NCBI GenBank assembly: GCA_963735595.1
Contig: CAVTLK010000004.1
Coordinates: forward strand, 128,001 to 192,000
Direction: 5' to 3'
DNA: 64,000 nt
Source: an uncultured delta proteobacterium
GTDB lineage: Bacteria > Desulfobacterota > Zymogenia > Zymogenales > Zymogenaceae
In this document: in pieces, positions 1 through 9,871 of the stretch
Position numbering within the stretch: the first letter of the stretch is position 1
Layout of the letters: each line of letters begins with the position of its first letter
Position numbers and translations under genes: made by a program
Notes under the pieces: model-generated
Database searches by the model: none
What the model was told of the DNA's origin: nothing
The model's input: only the letters and a program-made list of their open reading frames with translations

Positions 1-274
1 CAATTCTGTCTTGGCAGTATTTCTCAATGACGGAACGTCACCGGATTCAATGACGTTCGTATTGTCCGGCAAATACGAAACCGCGGTGGTACAGGCCAAT
101 AGCTCAAAGGATATTGAATACTATTCCACTCTCTCGTGTATACATCTTCTAAAACAGTTGGGATTTGGAGTATTCCTCGATAGCAAGAACAATCCGGCTC
201 ATTTTCTGATCTATTTTGACAAAGAAAAAGGACACTGCACAAAATCAACTGATAGTATCTACCGTCAACAATAG
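1..274 (+). CDS. 3' end of a hypothetical protein running in from the left edge (AT-rich)
   Basis: Open frame to the stop at 272-274; base composition is visibly more AT-rich than the rest of the window; no recognisable motif. Confidence 0.4.
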   Translation, partial: NSVLAVFLNDGTSPDSMTFVLSGKYETAVVQANSSKDIEYYSTLSCIHLLKQLGFGVFLDSKNNPAHFLIYFDKEKGHCTKSTDSIYRQQ

Positions 275-537
275 GCTTGAAGAAAGGAGGTGATAAAAGA
301 TGTCGGGGACTGTCGAGAAGGTTATTATCTCCGGGCATAAGCTCCGGCTCATCGCGTTCCGGGGAGGGTACTACCTAGAGGTCGAAAACCTCAACTAATT
401 TGAATTAAATTGAAACCATATTATACCTGCAGCAGTAGAAACAACACAGATAGATATTAGCCGGCAATATAGTATCACCAGAGTTTACCATTAAAACGGG
501 CGCTGTGTACGGGCCCCCGTGTTATCGTGCTTCCTTT

Positions 538-1077
538 TTAATACCCCTCCAACAACTCCGTCGACCATTCGATCTTCGAGACCCGGCCGTCCTCAAACGA
601 GATATAGCACACCCGGCAGTAGCCGCAGAGAAGGGATTCATCGTCGGAGGACGCCTTCGGGCAAAGATAGACCCACACGTCACGGCCGCCGTCCGTGAGC
701 CTTACGTAGCCGTCCCCCAATAGGGCCGCGACATCGTCCCTGGTTGCGCCGATAGAGACGCTTCCATCGGCCGTCCACCGCCCGTTGGTTATGGAAAGCG
801 CCGAAATCCTGCCCGTATAATCGTCGAAAACCGCCTCGAGCCCGGGGTAGTAGAACACCGTGATAAAGGGCCCCGTCGTGTTGCCGGTGATAACGTCGGG
901 CGGGCCGAGCCGTTGTTCCATCTCGTCTTTCGTCCGCCCATAATAGTCGATATTCTTCAGAAACCCCACCAACGCGCCCTCGGTCCGGCAGGACACGGCC
1001 GGCAACACCAGCCCGATGAGCAAAATAAACACAACGGCGACGGAGGCCGTTTTTCTTATATGGCTGTCTTTGCTCAT
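538..1077 (-). CDS. Hypothetical exported protein / putative lipoprotein
   Basis: MSKDSHIRK followed by a hydrophobic stretch ending LPAVSC (lipobox-like); two GxTxDxVxxLLG-type segments. Confidence 0.6.
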   Translation of the reverse strand: MSKDSHIRKTASVAVVFILLIGLVLPAVSCRTEGALVGFLKNIDYYGRTKDEMEQRLGPPDVITGNTTGPFITVFYYPGLEAVFDDYTGRISALSITNGRWTADGSVSIGATRDDVAALLGDGYVRLTDGGRDVWVYLCPKASSDDESLLCGYCRVCYISFEDGRVSKIEWSTELLEGY

Positions 1078-1122
1078 CGCGAAAATCCCGGTATCAGCCT
1101 GGGATCGCACGGGCCGGACCCC

Positions 1123-1857
1123 TCAGAACTCCACGCGCTTGCCCGGTCTCAGCGGGCAGCCGCCCTGCACGAAGGGCCGGTCGTGCGCGGGGACGACCAG
1201 GGCAGGGATAGAACGAAGCATTTCTCCGCTCCGTTTATGCGTGGAAAAATCGAGGTGCGGTTCATCGAGCAGTGTTTCGTCGGCCCCGCCGCGCCGGCTC
1301 ATCGCGTCCCCGGCAACGAGCACCGCCGAGCGCTCTCCCCTGATAACGTATGAGGTATGGTAGGGCGTGTGGCCGGGGGTGGCCAGCGGCGTTACGCACG
1401 GTGGTATAATCGCCGGCTCGTCCTCGATCCACTCGTACCCCTCCATGTTCCCGTCCCACCAGTATTGGGGCACGTGCCGGGAGTGCTCCAGAAGCATATC
1501 GGCCCGCTCCCGCACGATCGTGTCCGAAAGGTACGGGAAGAACCCCTTGACGTATCCGTACCGATCGGGCGCGTCGACAAAGGCCTTCAGCCAGCTGCGC
1601 GAGAAGTCGTTTTCGCGCCTGCTGGCGATCTTGACCCCGCCGCCGAAGAGGTGGGCCGCGCCGGCGTGGTCGCCGTGGAAATGGGTGAGGAACACGTGGG
1701 TGACATCCGCGGGGGAAAACTTCAGACGCGCAAGCCCCTCCACCAAAGCGTTGCCCGCCCAGTAGCCGGTATCAAAGAGCATCAGGCGGCCGTCGTCCTC
1801 AACGAGCGTGCACATAATCGGAAGGCGGGTGTTGTACCCGCCGACGAGGATATCCAT
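1123..1857 (-). CDS. MBL-fold metallo-hydrolase (AHL-lactonase-like subgroup)
   Basis: LFDTG, THFHGDHAG (HxHxDH), TPGHTPYH, VAGDA and VPAHD motifs; the start could instead be the ATG at 1887. Confidence 0.85.
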   Translation of the reverse strand: MDILVGGYNTRLPIMCTLVEDDGRLMLFDTGYWAGNALVEGLARLKFSPADVTHVFLTHFHGDHAGAAHLFGGGVKIASRRENDFSRSWLKAFVDAPDRYGYVKGFFPYLSDTIVRERADMLLEHSRHVPQYWWDGNMEGYEWIEDEPAIIPPCVTPLATPGHTPYHTSYVIRGERSAVLVAGDAMSRRGGADETLLDEPHLDFSTHKRSGEMLRSIPALVVPAHDRPFVQGGCPLRPGKRVEF

Positions 1858-1954
1858 CGATGTCAGGATGATATGGGCAACGGTCATGGTGATATGGTAT
1901 ACTATCGGCAGGGAAAAGTAAACCCCTGCCACGAGATCGGCGGAGACGATAATC

Positions 1955-2506
1955 ATGGATAGCGGCAAAAACAGGGCGATGGAAGGGCTCCCGACGGACG
2001 CGGGGCCGGTGATTCCCGGGACCGATTTGACCCTGCGCACCGTGAGAAACGGGGACGCAAACCGAATCCTCGCGCTCATGCGGGAGGTCTTTATCGACGA
2101 AATGGGATGGGACAGGGCCTTCCTGGTCGACGCCGCACACACCCTCGTGGAGCTCCTTGCCGCCGATACCGGCGCCAGGAACCTCTTCCAGGTCTGCTGC
2201 GACGACAGGAAGATAGTCGGCCTGGTCGTGCTTTGCGACGCCGGTGACGGCGCAGGTTTTATCCGGTGGCTGGTCGTCCATAGCAGCGTCCGGGGCATCG
2301 GCCTGGGGCGTCTCCTCCTGACACGGGCGCTGGCCTTCGCCGGGGACGCGGGATTTGACCGGGTGCGTCTCGTAACCGTTCGGGACCTTCCCCAAGCGCT
2401 TGCCTTTTACCTGAAGGCGGGTTTCCGTGAAGTCGCGAATAAGCCCGACATCCTCTGGCGGATGCCGCACGACCTGTGCTTTCTGGAAATAGAGCTAACC
2501 CCGTGA
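1955..2506 (+). CDS. GNAT family N-acetyltransferase
   Basis: Acetyl-CoA motif VHSSVRGIGLGRLL and ALAFYLKAGF. Confidence 0.85.
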   Translation: MDSGKNRAMEGLPTDAGPVIPGTDLTLRTVRNGDANRILALMREVFIDEMGWDRAFLVDAAHTLVELLAADTGARNLFQVCCDDRKIVGLVVLCDAGDGAGFIRWLVVHSSVRGIGLGRLLLTRALAFAGDAGFDRVRLVTVRDLPQALAFYLKAGFREVANKPDILWRMPHDLCFLEIELTP

Positions 2507-2632
2507 GGTCTGTGTTATCACGTAAAATCTCAATGACAGGTGAGGCGGCTCTCTATCCATTATGAGGCTCTCGTGTATCCCGGCCATCCCGGCTACCTCT
2601 GCCCATTTTTTCCCGAAATCCTCACAGAATTA

Positions 2633-2661
2633 TTGACAATCGAATCGAATTCCTATAGGGT
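2633..2661 (+). promoter_or_regulatory. Putative sigma-70 promoter of the acyl-CoA dehydrogenase gene
   Basis: TTGACA-17 nt-TAGGGT upstream of the AGGAGG RBS. Confidence 0.45.
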
Positions 2662-2724
2662 ATCCGGTGGGTGATCAATACTAACCTCGCATAAAATTAC
2701 TATCGATATCCAAAGGAGGAACAG

Positions 2725-4590
2725 ATGAGCAACTACCTGGTGGACGAGAGGGACCAGAAGTTCGTGCTCTACGAACAGCTGGAAATGGATAAGCTTACGG
2801 AGCTTTCCCGATATACGGAACACTCGAAAGACATGTACGACATGGTCCTTGAAGAGGCCCGGAAACTGGCCGTGGGGGTTCTGGAACCCGCGGTGTCCGA
2901 GGCTGACAAGGAAGGGTGCCGGATCGAAAACGGCAATGTCATTGTTCCCAAGGTCTTTCACAACGCCCTCAAGCTCTACGCCGAGGGCGGATGGATCAGC
3001 CTCTCGCACCCCCCCGAAGTGGGCGGACAGGGGCTGCCGATGCTCCTCAACATCGCGTCAAAGGAGTACTTCAACTGTAACTTCCCGTTCCTGTCATACA
3101 CGGGGCTGACCGAGGGCGCCGCCCACCTGATCGCGAACTTCGGGACCGACCGGCAGAAAAAGCTCTACATGGAAAAAATGTTCGCCGGCGAGTGGGCGGG
3201 CACCATGGTGCTGACCGAGCCGGGGGCCGGCTCCGACGTGGGATCGCTGAAGACCTCGGCCAAAAAGAACGCCGACGGCACCTACACCGTCACCGGCACA
3301 AAGATCTTTATTACCGGCGGCGACCACGACCTGACCGATAACATCGTCCACGCCGTGCTCGCGCGCATCGAGGGCGCGCCCGCCGGAACCAAAGGCATCT
3401 CCATATTCATCGTCCCCAAGTTCCTCGTCAAGGAAGACGGCACCCTCGGGGAGCGCAACGACTACAATATCGGCGGCATCGAGCACAAGATGGGGATTAA
3501 TGGATCGGCGACCTGCCTCATGAACTTCGGGGACAACGGCAAGTGCTACGCCGAGCTGCTCGGCGAAGAGAACCAGGGTATGATGATCATGTTCGTCCTC
3601 ATGAACGAGGCGCGCATCGGCGTGGGGATGCAGGGGCTGGCAGCCGCTTCCCGTGCCTACCTCTATTCCGTGAAATACGCCAAGGAGCGCCTCCAGGGCT
3701 CGGACCTGGCCAACTTCAGGAATCCCGAGGCGCCGCGCGTGCCCATTATTAACCACCCGGACGTGCGCCGGATGCTCCTCTGGATGAAGTCCCACGCCGA
3801 GAGTTTCCGGGCCATGCTCTATTACACCGCCCGGGCCGAAGACTTCGCGATCACGGGAAAGACCGAGGAGGAGCGCGAGAAGTGGCACGGCGTCCTGGAG
3901 ATCATGACCCCGATCGTCAAATCATGGGGATCGGACGTCGGCTTCTGGGTGGCCGACCAGGCAATCCAGGTGCACGGCGGCTACGGCTACACGCGGGAAT
4001 ACCCGGTGGAGCAGATCCTGCGCGACGTGAAGATCGCCGCGATCTACGAAGGCACCAACGGCATACAGGCGCTTGACCTGGTGGGCCGCAAGCTCGGCCA
4101 GAAGGGCGGCAAGAACTTCATGGCCCTCATGGGCGATATGTATGGGTTCATCTCCGCCCAGTCGGGCAACGACAAGATCAAGGACCTCGTGGACGCCCTC
4201 AAAAAGGCGGTGGATCTCCTGGCCGAGATGGCCACCTTCTTCGTCACGTGCGGGAAGGAGGGCAACTTCCTGGTCCCCGTGGGCAACGCCTACCCCTTCC
4301 TCAACATGATGGCGCACATTGTCTCCGCCTACATGCTGGTCTGGCAGGCGGCAATCGCCAAGGATAAGCTCGATGTGCTGGCAAAGGCAGCCGGCGCCGA
4401 CCCCGCTGACTGGGGGAAATGGGCCGCCTTCATCAAGGACAACAGCGATGCCGCCTTTTACGTGGGCAAGATTTCCTCGGCGAAATACTTCATCTTCAAC
4501 GTCCTGCCGCGTATCGACAGCTACGCCACGGCCATCAAGAGCAAGGACCTCTCGATCATGGAGATCCCGGCCGAGTCGTTCGCGTCTTAA
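2725..4590 (+). CDS. Long acyl-CoA dehydrogenase (FadE5/DmdC-like, about 600 aa)
   Basis: GTMVLTEPGAGSDVG, GTKIFITGGDHD, EHKMGINGS, IQVHGGYG and IYEGTNGIQA motifs; AGGAGG RBS. Confidence 0.93.
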   Translation: MSNYLVDERDQKFVLYEQLEMDKLTELSRYTEHSKDMYDMVLEEARKLAVGVLEPAVSEADKEGCRIENGNVIVPKVFHNALKLYAEGGWISLSHPPEVGGQGLPMLLNIASKEYFNCNFPFLSYTGLTEGAAHLIANFGTDRQKKLYMEKMFAGEWAGTMVLTEPGAGSDVGSLKTSAKKNADGTYTVTGTKIFITGGDHDLTDNIVHAVLARIEGAPAGTKGISIFIVPKFLVKEDGTLGERNDYNIGGIEHKMGINGSATCLMNFGDNGKCYAELLGEENQGMMIMFVLMNEARIGVGMQGLAAASRAYLYSVKYAKERLQGSDLANFRNPEAPRVPIINHPDVRRMLLWMKSHAESFRAMLYYTARAEDFAITGKTEEEREKWHGVLEIMTPIVKSWGSDVGFWVADQAIQVHGGYGYTREYPVEQILRDVKIAAIYEGTNGIQALDLVGRKLGQKGGKNFMALMGDMYGFISAQSGNDKIKDLVDALKKAVDLLAEMATFFVTCGKEGNFLVPVGNAYPFLNMMAHIVSAYMLVWQAAIAKDKLDVLAKAAGADPADWGKWAAFIKDNSDAAFYVGKISSAKYFIFNVLPRIDSYATAIKSKDLSIMEIPAESFAS

Positions 4591-4611
4591 CACTACCAAC
4601 CAACGTACTCA

Positions 4612-4643
4612 CCGGGGGGGGCTTTCAGCCCCCCCCGTTTTTC
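4612..4643 (+). terminator. Rho-independent terminator
   Basis: CGGGGGGGGC-TTTCA-GCCCCCCCCG stem followed by a T run. Confidence 0.8.
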
Positions 4644-4818
4644 TATGGGCCGGCCGTGTTCTCCTCATTTCTATCATTGCAGTTCCCCGAGCAACACCGA
4701 AACTGATTCGTTTCATTTGTGCAACTCCCTCTTGATTAACCGTCAATAGCCCCGCCGATGTCAAGACGAACTAGGCGATATCATTGGAAAAATATTACTA
4801 TATAAATTGCAATAGTTT

Positions 4819-4834
4819 TGGAATAGAAATTGCA
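4819..4834 (+). promoter_or_regulatory. Candidate sigma-54 (-24/-12) promoter
   Basis: TGGAATAGAAATTGCA has GG-N10-GC spacing, in an AT-rich region about 50 nt upstream of the autotransporter ATG. Confidence 0.45.
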
Positions 4835-4881
4835 CTTATGATAGGCATTTGTCATCCATTTATCTGGAGGAATATCGTCCC

Positions 4882-7800
4882 ATGAACGCAAAACGGATTC
4901 TCGGCCTCGCGCTGGTTGTCTGCACGCTGGCCGTTGCATTTCCCGTGTCGGCCCCTGCCGCAGACCAACCGAACGCCTGGACGATCCATTTCAGGCCGGG
5001 TGTCCGCTTCGGTACGGACGACAGGACGCTCTTTATCATGGATTTCCTCGTCCCGCTCTACCAGGACGAGAAAAATATCCTCTTTTTCAACCCCAAGTTC
5101 ACACCGGACAACCTCGATGGGTTTGAGGCCAACTTCGGGCTTGGCTACCGGAGGCTCCTGATTGCCGACAGGGTAATCCTGGGCGGCAATGTCTTCTACG
5201 ATAACCGCCTCACCGGCTGGGGCACCCGGTGGGAGCAGGTCGGCGTGGGCGCCGAGGCGATGGCCGAGTTCAATACGTACGCGGCCTTCACCGGCCGCTT
5301 CAATTACTATATCCCACTCACTGCCGACCGGGTCACGGCCGGGGGCGGCGGAGGCGGTACCGGTTATTTCTTCCGGGAACAGGGGATATGGACTTCCGGC
5401 GGCGGCGGGACGCTGGTGGAGGAGGCGCCGGAGGGGTTTGACGGCGAGGTGGGTTACCGCGTGCCGGTGGTTTCGGACTACGTGGAGACCTGGGTCTACG
5501 TCGGGGGCTACCATTATCACGGCAGCAACATCGGGACGATCAACGGCTTCTCGGCACGGCTCGAGATAATTCCGACGGATTTTGTACGCATCAACTACGA
5601 GTACCGGAACGACCGCACGACCCACGGCGAGCACCACGGCGAGGTGGCGTTCGAGGTGCCGTTTTCCATTGACCGTCTCTGCGCCGGCAAGAACCCCTTT
5701 GAGGGGCTGGGCAGGCGCCTCAAGGGCAGCCGGGATATTAAGGAGCGGATGGTCGAGCCGGTCCGGCGCGACGTTGATATCCGCGTCGTGCACGGCGGCG
5801 CCGCCGGCACGGCCGATACAATGGTCGAGGACGTGGTCTTCGTCAGCGAGGACGCCGAGAACGTCGCCGGCACGCCCGACGGCACCTTCGAACACCCGTT
5901 TGCCAGTATCACCGAGGCGATGGCCGCCATCGATTCCGGGGGCGTCTACGCCACGATCAACACGATCCATGTCATCAACGACAGCGACACGGAAACCGCC
6001 GGGGGCGGCACGGCGAACCTCGCCAGCCTCATGATCTGGGGCTCCGGGCAGCCGCACCCGGTCTTCGGCGTCATCACCAACCAGGTGTCCGGCTACCCCA
6101 CGATCGCCGACGAGCTGATCCTCGGGGGCGGCGCGATAGACGTCTTCGGGTCGATCTACACCGGTGCAAACGGGATTACGGTTAACGGCGCCGGCGCGGA
6201 CATCCACCACAACCACTTTAGCGGCAATACCTGGGGCATCAACGTAGTCGGTGGATCGGCGGCTATCACCGATAACGACATCACCTGCGACTATACTGCC
6301 GGGCCCCCGATTGCCGGTATCATCGTGAGCGGCGGCTCTATCTCTACCATCTCCCGCAACGCCATCACCGCCGGCGGCGCCGTGGCCCTCTACGGCGTCT
6401 ACTTTAGCGGGGTGCCGTCGATAGGCGGCGCCGTGATCTCAGACAACACCATTGCGCTCTCCTACGACGGCCCGGGGACCCTGGCGGCGGGTATCTTCTT
6501 CTCCGGTGCCGATACCACGATAACCGACACGCGGATCATGTCCAACACGATCACGGTGACGGCCCCCGACACGGGTTCCGTCTACGGGATCGGGTCGCTC
6601 TTAAGCGCGGGCGACCTCGGCCTTGAGATCGGGGGCAACACCATCACGGTGGCCGGCGGTCCGGTTAGCGGGTCCGGAATCTACTTCAGGACGGGAGGCA
6701 CGGGTTCCATCACGGCCGACATCTACGATAACGTCCTCACGGTCTCGGGGGCGGGAGACGCCTACGGGATCGGCCTGAGCGCCGGGAGGAGCATCTACGC
6801 GAGCATTACCGGCAACGACCTCTCCGGAGGGATATCGGGTGAAGGAATCACGGACGGCGTATACGGGATACAGCTGATCACCGACGGCCATCCCATCTCG
6901 GAAATGTATAACATCGCCGGCCTCGGAGGCGGCGACCTCCTGATCTCCAACAACGACCTCGGCGGGGCGGGCATCCGCGCGACGGGCGCAGATGGGTACG
7001 CCTATGGGATCGACATCTACTCGCGGGCCGGGAACCTCTACGCGCTTGCGTCAAACGGCGGGGGCATCACCGGCAACACCATCGTGGCCGACGGGTCCGA
7101 CCTCTCCGGGACCGATGTTGCGTCGGCGGACGGCATCGTCGCCGAGACCAGGGATGACCTCGCCGCCACGATAACCGGCGGAAGCGTAACCGCGACCGGC
7201 CTGGGCGGCCTGGGTATCGGGCTGGTCTCGGACCTTGCAGACGTAGATGCAACGATATCCGTGCCGACGATCAGCGCGACCGGCACCGACAATGAGGTGA
7301 TCGGGATCTATCTGTATGCGGACAACGGGGATCTCGACGTAACCGTCACCGATACCGCCATCACCGCGAACACCCAGAACTGGTGGGCATACGGGATCAC
7401 CGGGGGCGCCGGCTACGACCTCACCGCGCTATTTTCCGGCGGCAGCATCAACTCGTCGGGCCTCGGCGCGGATGGTATCGAACTCTGGAATTACAGCGGC
7501 ATCCTGGACGTCGACATCTCGGTGCCGACAATCACCGCGACCGGCACCTATACGGTCGGGACGGGCTTCTACGCCACCGGAATAATCCTCGAGTCCCTCA
7601 ACGATGCGATCGACATGACCGTCACCGATACGAACATCACGGCCATCGGGACGACGAACACCCGCTCGCGGGGCATCAACGCCAGCGGATACCTTGGCAT
7701 CACCGCGCTGATCTCCGGCGGCAGCATCACCTCGACGGGGCGCCGGGCGGAGGGTATCTATCTCGGGACCACCGGGACGGGCAGCATCGTAAACGCCGGC

Positions 7801-8925
7801 ATCTCGGGACTGACGCTCAACGTGACCGGCACCAATACGGCCGGGTCGGGCAACGATATGTACGCAACGGGGATATCCTTCTCGGCGTCCAACGGGATCA
7901 TCGAGGCGACCCTCACCGGAAACGACATCACGGTCTTCGCGACGCCGGGCAACTCGGTGACGTCGGGCTTCACGGCCAGGGGAATCTATGGAACCGCGCG
8001 CAACGGTATCACCGCTCTCATTTCCGGCGGCGGGATAGAGACCTCGGGAGGCAGCGCGTTCGGGATCAGGTTCGACGCCACCAACGGCAACATAGACACC
8101 GACATCTCGGTGCCGACGATCATCGCGGCTGGAACGGGTAACGGCATGGAAAGCCATGGCATCTGGCTGAGAACAACTAACTCCGGCAACATCGACGCCG
8201 ACATCCACGGGATTACCGGCATGACCGTCAGTGCCACCTACGGCCTCGCGCGCGGGGTCTCCATGGAGTCCAGGGGCGGCCTCACCGGGTCCGTCTACGG
8301 CAACACCATGACCGTCTCCGGTATGCGAACTGCGGCCTCTCCTTACTTTTACCCGACCGGCGTGTACCTCCGGGCCTATACCGACGTCGGGTCGCAGGCC
8401 TCGCCGTTTTTGATGTACAACAACAGCCTGACGGTCACCAATATAAACGCGTCGCCGCAGAGAGAAGCCTTCGGGTTTGCCATCAACTACGACACCTTCC
8501 GCGGAATGGCCTACGGCGACAACGTCTACGCCCAGATATACTCGAACACGATCAACGTGTCTGGAGGGACCGGAAGCTTCGGCTACGGGGCTGTCGGCGG
8601 GCTTATCGCCGCCCGTAACCTGATCGGGTATAACGGCGTGACCGGCTCGCCGGCCGTTATCAGCGGCAACACCGTGACGCTCACCTCCAACGTGGCGGCC
8701 CTCGGGTTCTATCTCTACCGGAGGAACGCCGCGACGCCCGGAACCGGAAACTACGTGGACTTCAACAACGCCGCGTACGGCGGCGCAAACACCATCACCG
8801 CGACCGGGGCGGCCGGCCTCTACAACACCAGCCCGTTTTCCATGGGCCACCCGGGGTACTATTCAAACTTCAACTGGGGGGCAAGCGGCACGCCCGGAAA
8901 CAGCCGGGACTACATCCACTTCTAA
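4882..8925 (+). CDS. Inverse-autotransporter-like outer-membrane protein: signal peptide, N-terminal beta-barrel, right-handed beta-helix passenger
   Basis: Signal peptide; barrel strands NFGLGYR, LGGNVFYD, QVGVGAE, GFDGEVG and RMVEPVRRDVDI (inverse autotransporter beta-domain pattern); DGTFEHPFASITEA cap; many GI..I.GN.I beta-helix rungs; GGAGG RBS. Confidence 0.8.
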   Translation: MNAKRILGLALVVCTLAVAFPVSAPAADQPNAWTIHFRPGVRFGTDDRTLFIMDFLVPLYQDEKNILFFNPKFTPDNLDGFEANFGLGYRRLLIADRVILGGNVFYDNRLTGWGTRWEQVGVGAEAMAEFNTYAAFTGRFNYYIPLTADRVTAGGGGGGTGYFFREQGIWTSGGGGTLVEEAPEGFDGEVGYRVPVVSDYVETWVYVGGYHYHGSNIGTINGFSARLEIIPTDFVRINYEYRNDRTTHGEHHGEVAFEVPFSIDRLCAGKNPFEGLGRRLKGSRDIKERMVEPVRRDVDIRVVHGGAAGTADTMVEDVVFVSEDAENVAGTPDGTFEHPFASITEAMAAIDSGGVYATINTIHVINDSDTETAGGGTANLASLMIWGSGQPHPVFGVITNQVSGYPTIADELILGGGAIDVFGSIYTGANGITVNGAGADIHHNHFSGNTWGINVVGGSAAITDNDITCDYTAGPPIAGIIVSGGSISTISRNAITAGGAVALYGVYFSGVPSIGGAVISDNTIALSYDGPGTLAAGIFFSGADTTITDTRIMSNTITVTAPDTGSVYGIGSLLSAGDLGLEIGGNTITVAGGPVSGSGIYFRTGGTGSITADIYDNVLTVSGAGDAYGIGLSAGRSIYASITGNDLSGGISGEGITDGVYGIQLITDGHPISEMYNIAGLGGGDLLISNNDLGGAGIRATGADGYAYGIDIYSRAGNLYALASNGGGITGNTIVADGSDLSGTDVASADGIVAETRDDLAATITGGSVTATGLGGLGIGLVSDLADVDATISVPTISATGTDNEVIGIYLYADNGDLDVTVTDTAITANTQNWWAYGITGGAGYDLTALFSGGSINSSGLGADGIELWNYSGILDVDISVPTITATGTYTVGTGFYATGIILESLNDAIDMTVTDTNITAIGTTNTRSRGINASGYLGITALISGGSITSTGRRAEGIYLGTTGTGSIVNAGISGLTLNVTGTNTAGSGNDMYATGISFSASNGIIEATLTGNDITVFATPGNSVTSGFTARGIYGTARNGITALISGGGIETSGGSAFGIRFDATNGNIDTDISVPTIIAAGTGNGMESHGIWLRTTNSGNIDADIHGITGMTVSATYGLARGVSMESRGGLTGSVYGNTMTVSGMRTAASPYFYPTGVYLRAYTDVGSQASPFLMYNNSLTVTNINASPQREAFGFAINYDTFRGMAYGDNVYAQIYSNTINVSGGTGSFGYGAVGGLIAARNLIGYNGVTGSPAVISGNTVTLTSNVAALGFYLYRRNAATPGTGNYVDFNNAAYGGANTITATGAAGLYNTSPFSMGHPGYYSNFNWGASGTPGNSRDYIHF

Positions 8926-8966
8926 GGGGAACAACCGCGGTCTTCCGAGAAGACCGGCCGGAACAC

Positions 8967-8999
8967 GAAAACGGGGGGCATATCGCCCCCCGTTTTTTA
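8967..8999. terminator. Bidirectional Rho-independent terminator between convergent genes
   Basis: AAAACGGGGGGC-ATATC-GCCCCCCGTTTTTT; a second small hairpin (CGGTCTTC/GAAGACCG) lies just upstream. Confidence 0.8.
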
Positions 9000-9018
9000 T
9001 CCCCGATAGGTACGGCAG

Positions 9019-9780
9019 TTATTTCGTCATGATCTCCTGCGCCAGTGAGAGGTAGGCCTTCGACCCGATCGAGTTGATATCGAAGAGGATGATCGGCTTT
9101 TTCATGAGCGGCGCCTCGGCGAGCCTCACGGTGCGCGGGATGGACGTGGTAAAGACCTTGTCTCCCATCGCGCTTTTCAGGTTCTGGCTGATCTTCTTGC
9201 CGAGGTTGGTGTGGTAGTTTACCATCGTCAGGAGGAACCCCTCGATAGTAAGGGATGTGTTGTAGCGCTTGGCCACCTCGCGGGCGGCGCGCAGGAGCTT
9301 CCCCAGGCTGTCCATCGAGAAGAACTCCCCCTGGACCGGCACCAGGATCGAGTTTGCCGCGATCATGCTGGATATCGTGAGCGAGTTGAGGGCCGGGGGG
9401 CAGTCCAGCATGATATAGTCATAGAATTTATCAATCTCGGCAAGCTTGTCTTTGAGCTTGAACCGATCCTTGCGCAGCGCCTGCACGAGCTGGTCCTCCT
9501 CTTCCGGGTTTGCCGTGTTATTGACGATTACGTCCAGGAACTGGATGTCGGTATTGAGGACCGCCTCCGTCGTCGGAATGTCGTGGTATATCATGTTGTA
9601 GACGCCGTACCGCACGTTCTTGCCGTCCTTGCCGAAGGATGACGATACGCCGCATTGCGGGTCGATCCCGACGACCAGCGCCCGGGCCTCGAGGGCCGCG
9701 ATGCTCGCGCCAAGGTTCACCGCGGTGGTGGTCTTGCCCACGCCGCCTTTTTGACTGACCACGGCGATCACTTTTGCCAT
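9019..9780 (-). CDS. ParA/Soj family ATPase (orphan, no adjacent parB)
   Basis: Deviant Walker A QKGGVGKTT, IDPQ, LDCPP and PRTVRLAEAP. Confidence 0.92.
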   Translation of the reverse strand: MAKVIAVVSQKGGVGKTTTAVNLGASIAALEARALVVGIDPQCGVSSSFGKDGKNVRYGVYNMIYHDIPTTEAVLNTDIQFLDVIVNNTANPEEEDQLVQALRKDRFKLKDKLAEIDKFYDYIMLDCPPALNSLTISSMIAANSILVPVQGEFFSMDSLGKLLRAAREVAKRYNTSLTIEGFLLTMVNYHTNLGKKISQNLKSAMGDKVFTTSIPRTVRLAEAPLMKKPIILFDINSIGSKAYLSLAQEIMTK

Positions 9781-9871
9781 AGGTTGTCTCCCCGCCCGCC
9801 GATTGACGGCTGTCTTAATCCGCTCCCGTATCCCGGCAAAACCGGCGCTCACCGGTCCGCAGGTTTCACCG

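Noticed and set aside
8300..8925. AAC/TAC-rich autotransporter C terminus as a diversity-generating retroelement target
   Set aside because: No reverse transcriptase and no template/variable repeat pair in the window; Asn richness is expected for beta-helices.
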